A stretch of DNA of 64,000 nucleotides from Acidobacteriota bacterium. Its GTDB lineage: Bacteria; Acidobacteriota; Thermoanaerobaculia; Multivoradales; JBCCEF01. The notes beneath the pieces are model-generated. The model searched no databases. It was not told where the DNA came from and saw nothing but the letters and a program-made list of their open reading frames with translations. The position numbers and the translations under genes were made by a program. Within the stretch, counting starts at the first letter, position 1. Each line of letters begins with the position of its first letter. The stretch lies in NCBI GenBank assembly GCA_039028635.1, contig JBCCHV010000019.1:28343-92342 (forward strand), read 5' to 3'. Positions 63,795 through 64,000 of the stretch are shown here, in pieces.

Positions 63795-64000
63795 CTAAGC
63801 GTTCTGCTTCGGGATGTTCTGAGTGATCGCCTGGATCGTCGCGTGCAGCGCCTTGAGGGTGTTCGAGGCCGCCGTCATCGCGTTCTGTCCACGGTTCATC
63901 TCAGCCTGGCCGAGGAAGATCTCCTGCATTCCCTCGGGTGTCGAAGGGTCGGCATCGGCGATGCGCTTCAGACCGCTCTCCCAGGCTTCGACGCCGCGGG
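63795..64000 (-). CDS. 3' end of a gene running off the window (T3SS-associated, possible translocator/tip protein)
   Basis: Minus-strand frame translates continuously to ...MQEIFLGQAEMNRGQNAMTAASNTLKALHATIQAITQNIPKQNA and stops at TAG 63795-63797, directly upstream of the class II chaperone gene. Confidence 0.4.
   Translation of the reverse strand, partial: RGVEAWESGLKRIADADPSTPEGMQEIFLGQAEMNRGQNAMTAASNTLKALHATIQAITQNIPKQNA

Noticed and set aside
46707-64000. Interpretation of the secretion cluster as a flagellar export locus (because of FliO-, FliH-, FliI-, FliJ-, FliK-, FliN- and FliPQR-like genes)
   Set aside because: The cluster has a short SctJ-type lipoprotein instead of a 550-aa FliF, a needle-size subunit, an inner-rod protein, YscG-like and class II TPR chaperones, and Ysc-like gene order. 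No hook, rod, flagellin or motor genes are present.

Overview
This is a very high-GC (about 70%) 64-kb window with the gene content of a Gram-negative, probably Myxococcota/delta-proteobacteria-like, organism. Because of the GC content, the six-frame track is full of long antisense or out-of-frame ORFs that I treat as artefacts. I call one coherent gene per locus, using homology I recognise, signal peptides, Shine-Dalgarno positions and the chain of 4-nt stop/start overlaps.

Reading left to right:
- **0.2-10.9 kb:** a long minus-strand phosphate operon, histidine-phosphatase (SixA-like) > 2-phosphoglycerate-kinase::archaeal-type iPGM fusion > pstS > PhoU::degenerate LMW-PTP/ArsC-like fusion > pstC > pstA > pstB > pstB. 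Polyphosphate kinase ppk1 is transcribed divergently.
- **11.0-15.5 kb:** three secreted proteins in an operon (BNR/Asp-box protein, beta-propeller-like protein, coiled-coil protein).
- **15.8-20.0 kb:** a GT39/ArnT-like glycosyltransferase, a nitroreductase, and acetyl-CoA synthetase.
- **20.3-27.7 kb:** a CadC/ToxR-like membrane one-component regulator followed by an operon of two CARDB-domain proteins, a large beta-barrel outer-membrane protein and a secreted protein of unknown function.
- **27.8-30.8 kb:** the glyoxylate-shunt operon aceB-aceA with a clean sigma70-like promoter and a strong hairpin terminator.
- **31.0-34.7 kb:** two tandemly duplicated secreted right-handed beta-helix genes whose 3' ends are almost identical.
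- **34.9-39.7 kb:** a large periplasmic TPR-CHAT protease next to an ECF sigma / zinc-finger anti-sigma pair.
- **39.76-44.68 kb:** a 4.9-kb islet carrying a TonB-dependent receptor, a PepSY-TM protein and two small membrane proteins. It is bounded by tRNA-Arg(CCT) and a 40-nt direct repeat of that tRNA's 3' end, which abuts a P4-type integrase N-terminal remnant.
- **44.8-46.6 kb:** a DASS-family transporter with two TrkA-C domains.
- **46.7-64.0 kb:** a complete-looking injectisome-type type III secretion cluster in Ysc-like order (sctE-F-G-I-J-K-L-N-O-P-Q-[fliO-like]-R-S-T-U-V, then two FHA-domain membrane proteins).

The most unusual items are the 2PGK::iPGM and PhoU::pseudo-phosphatase fusions inside the pst operon, the tRNA-repeat-bounded siderophore-uptake islet, the CHAT/ECF module, and a FliO-like gene plus atypical FHA/IPT-TIG proteins inside an injectisome cluster. 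There are no CRISPR arrays or rRNA genes.
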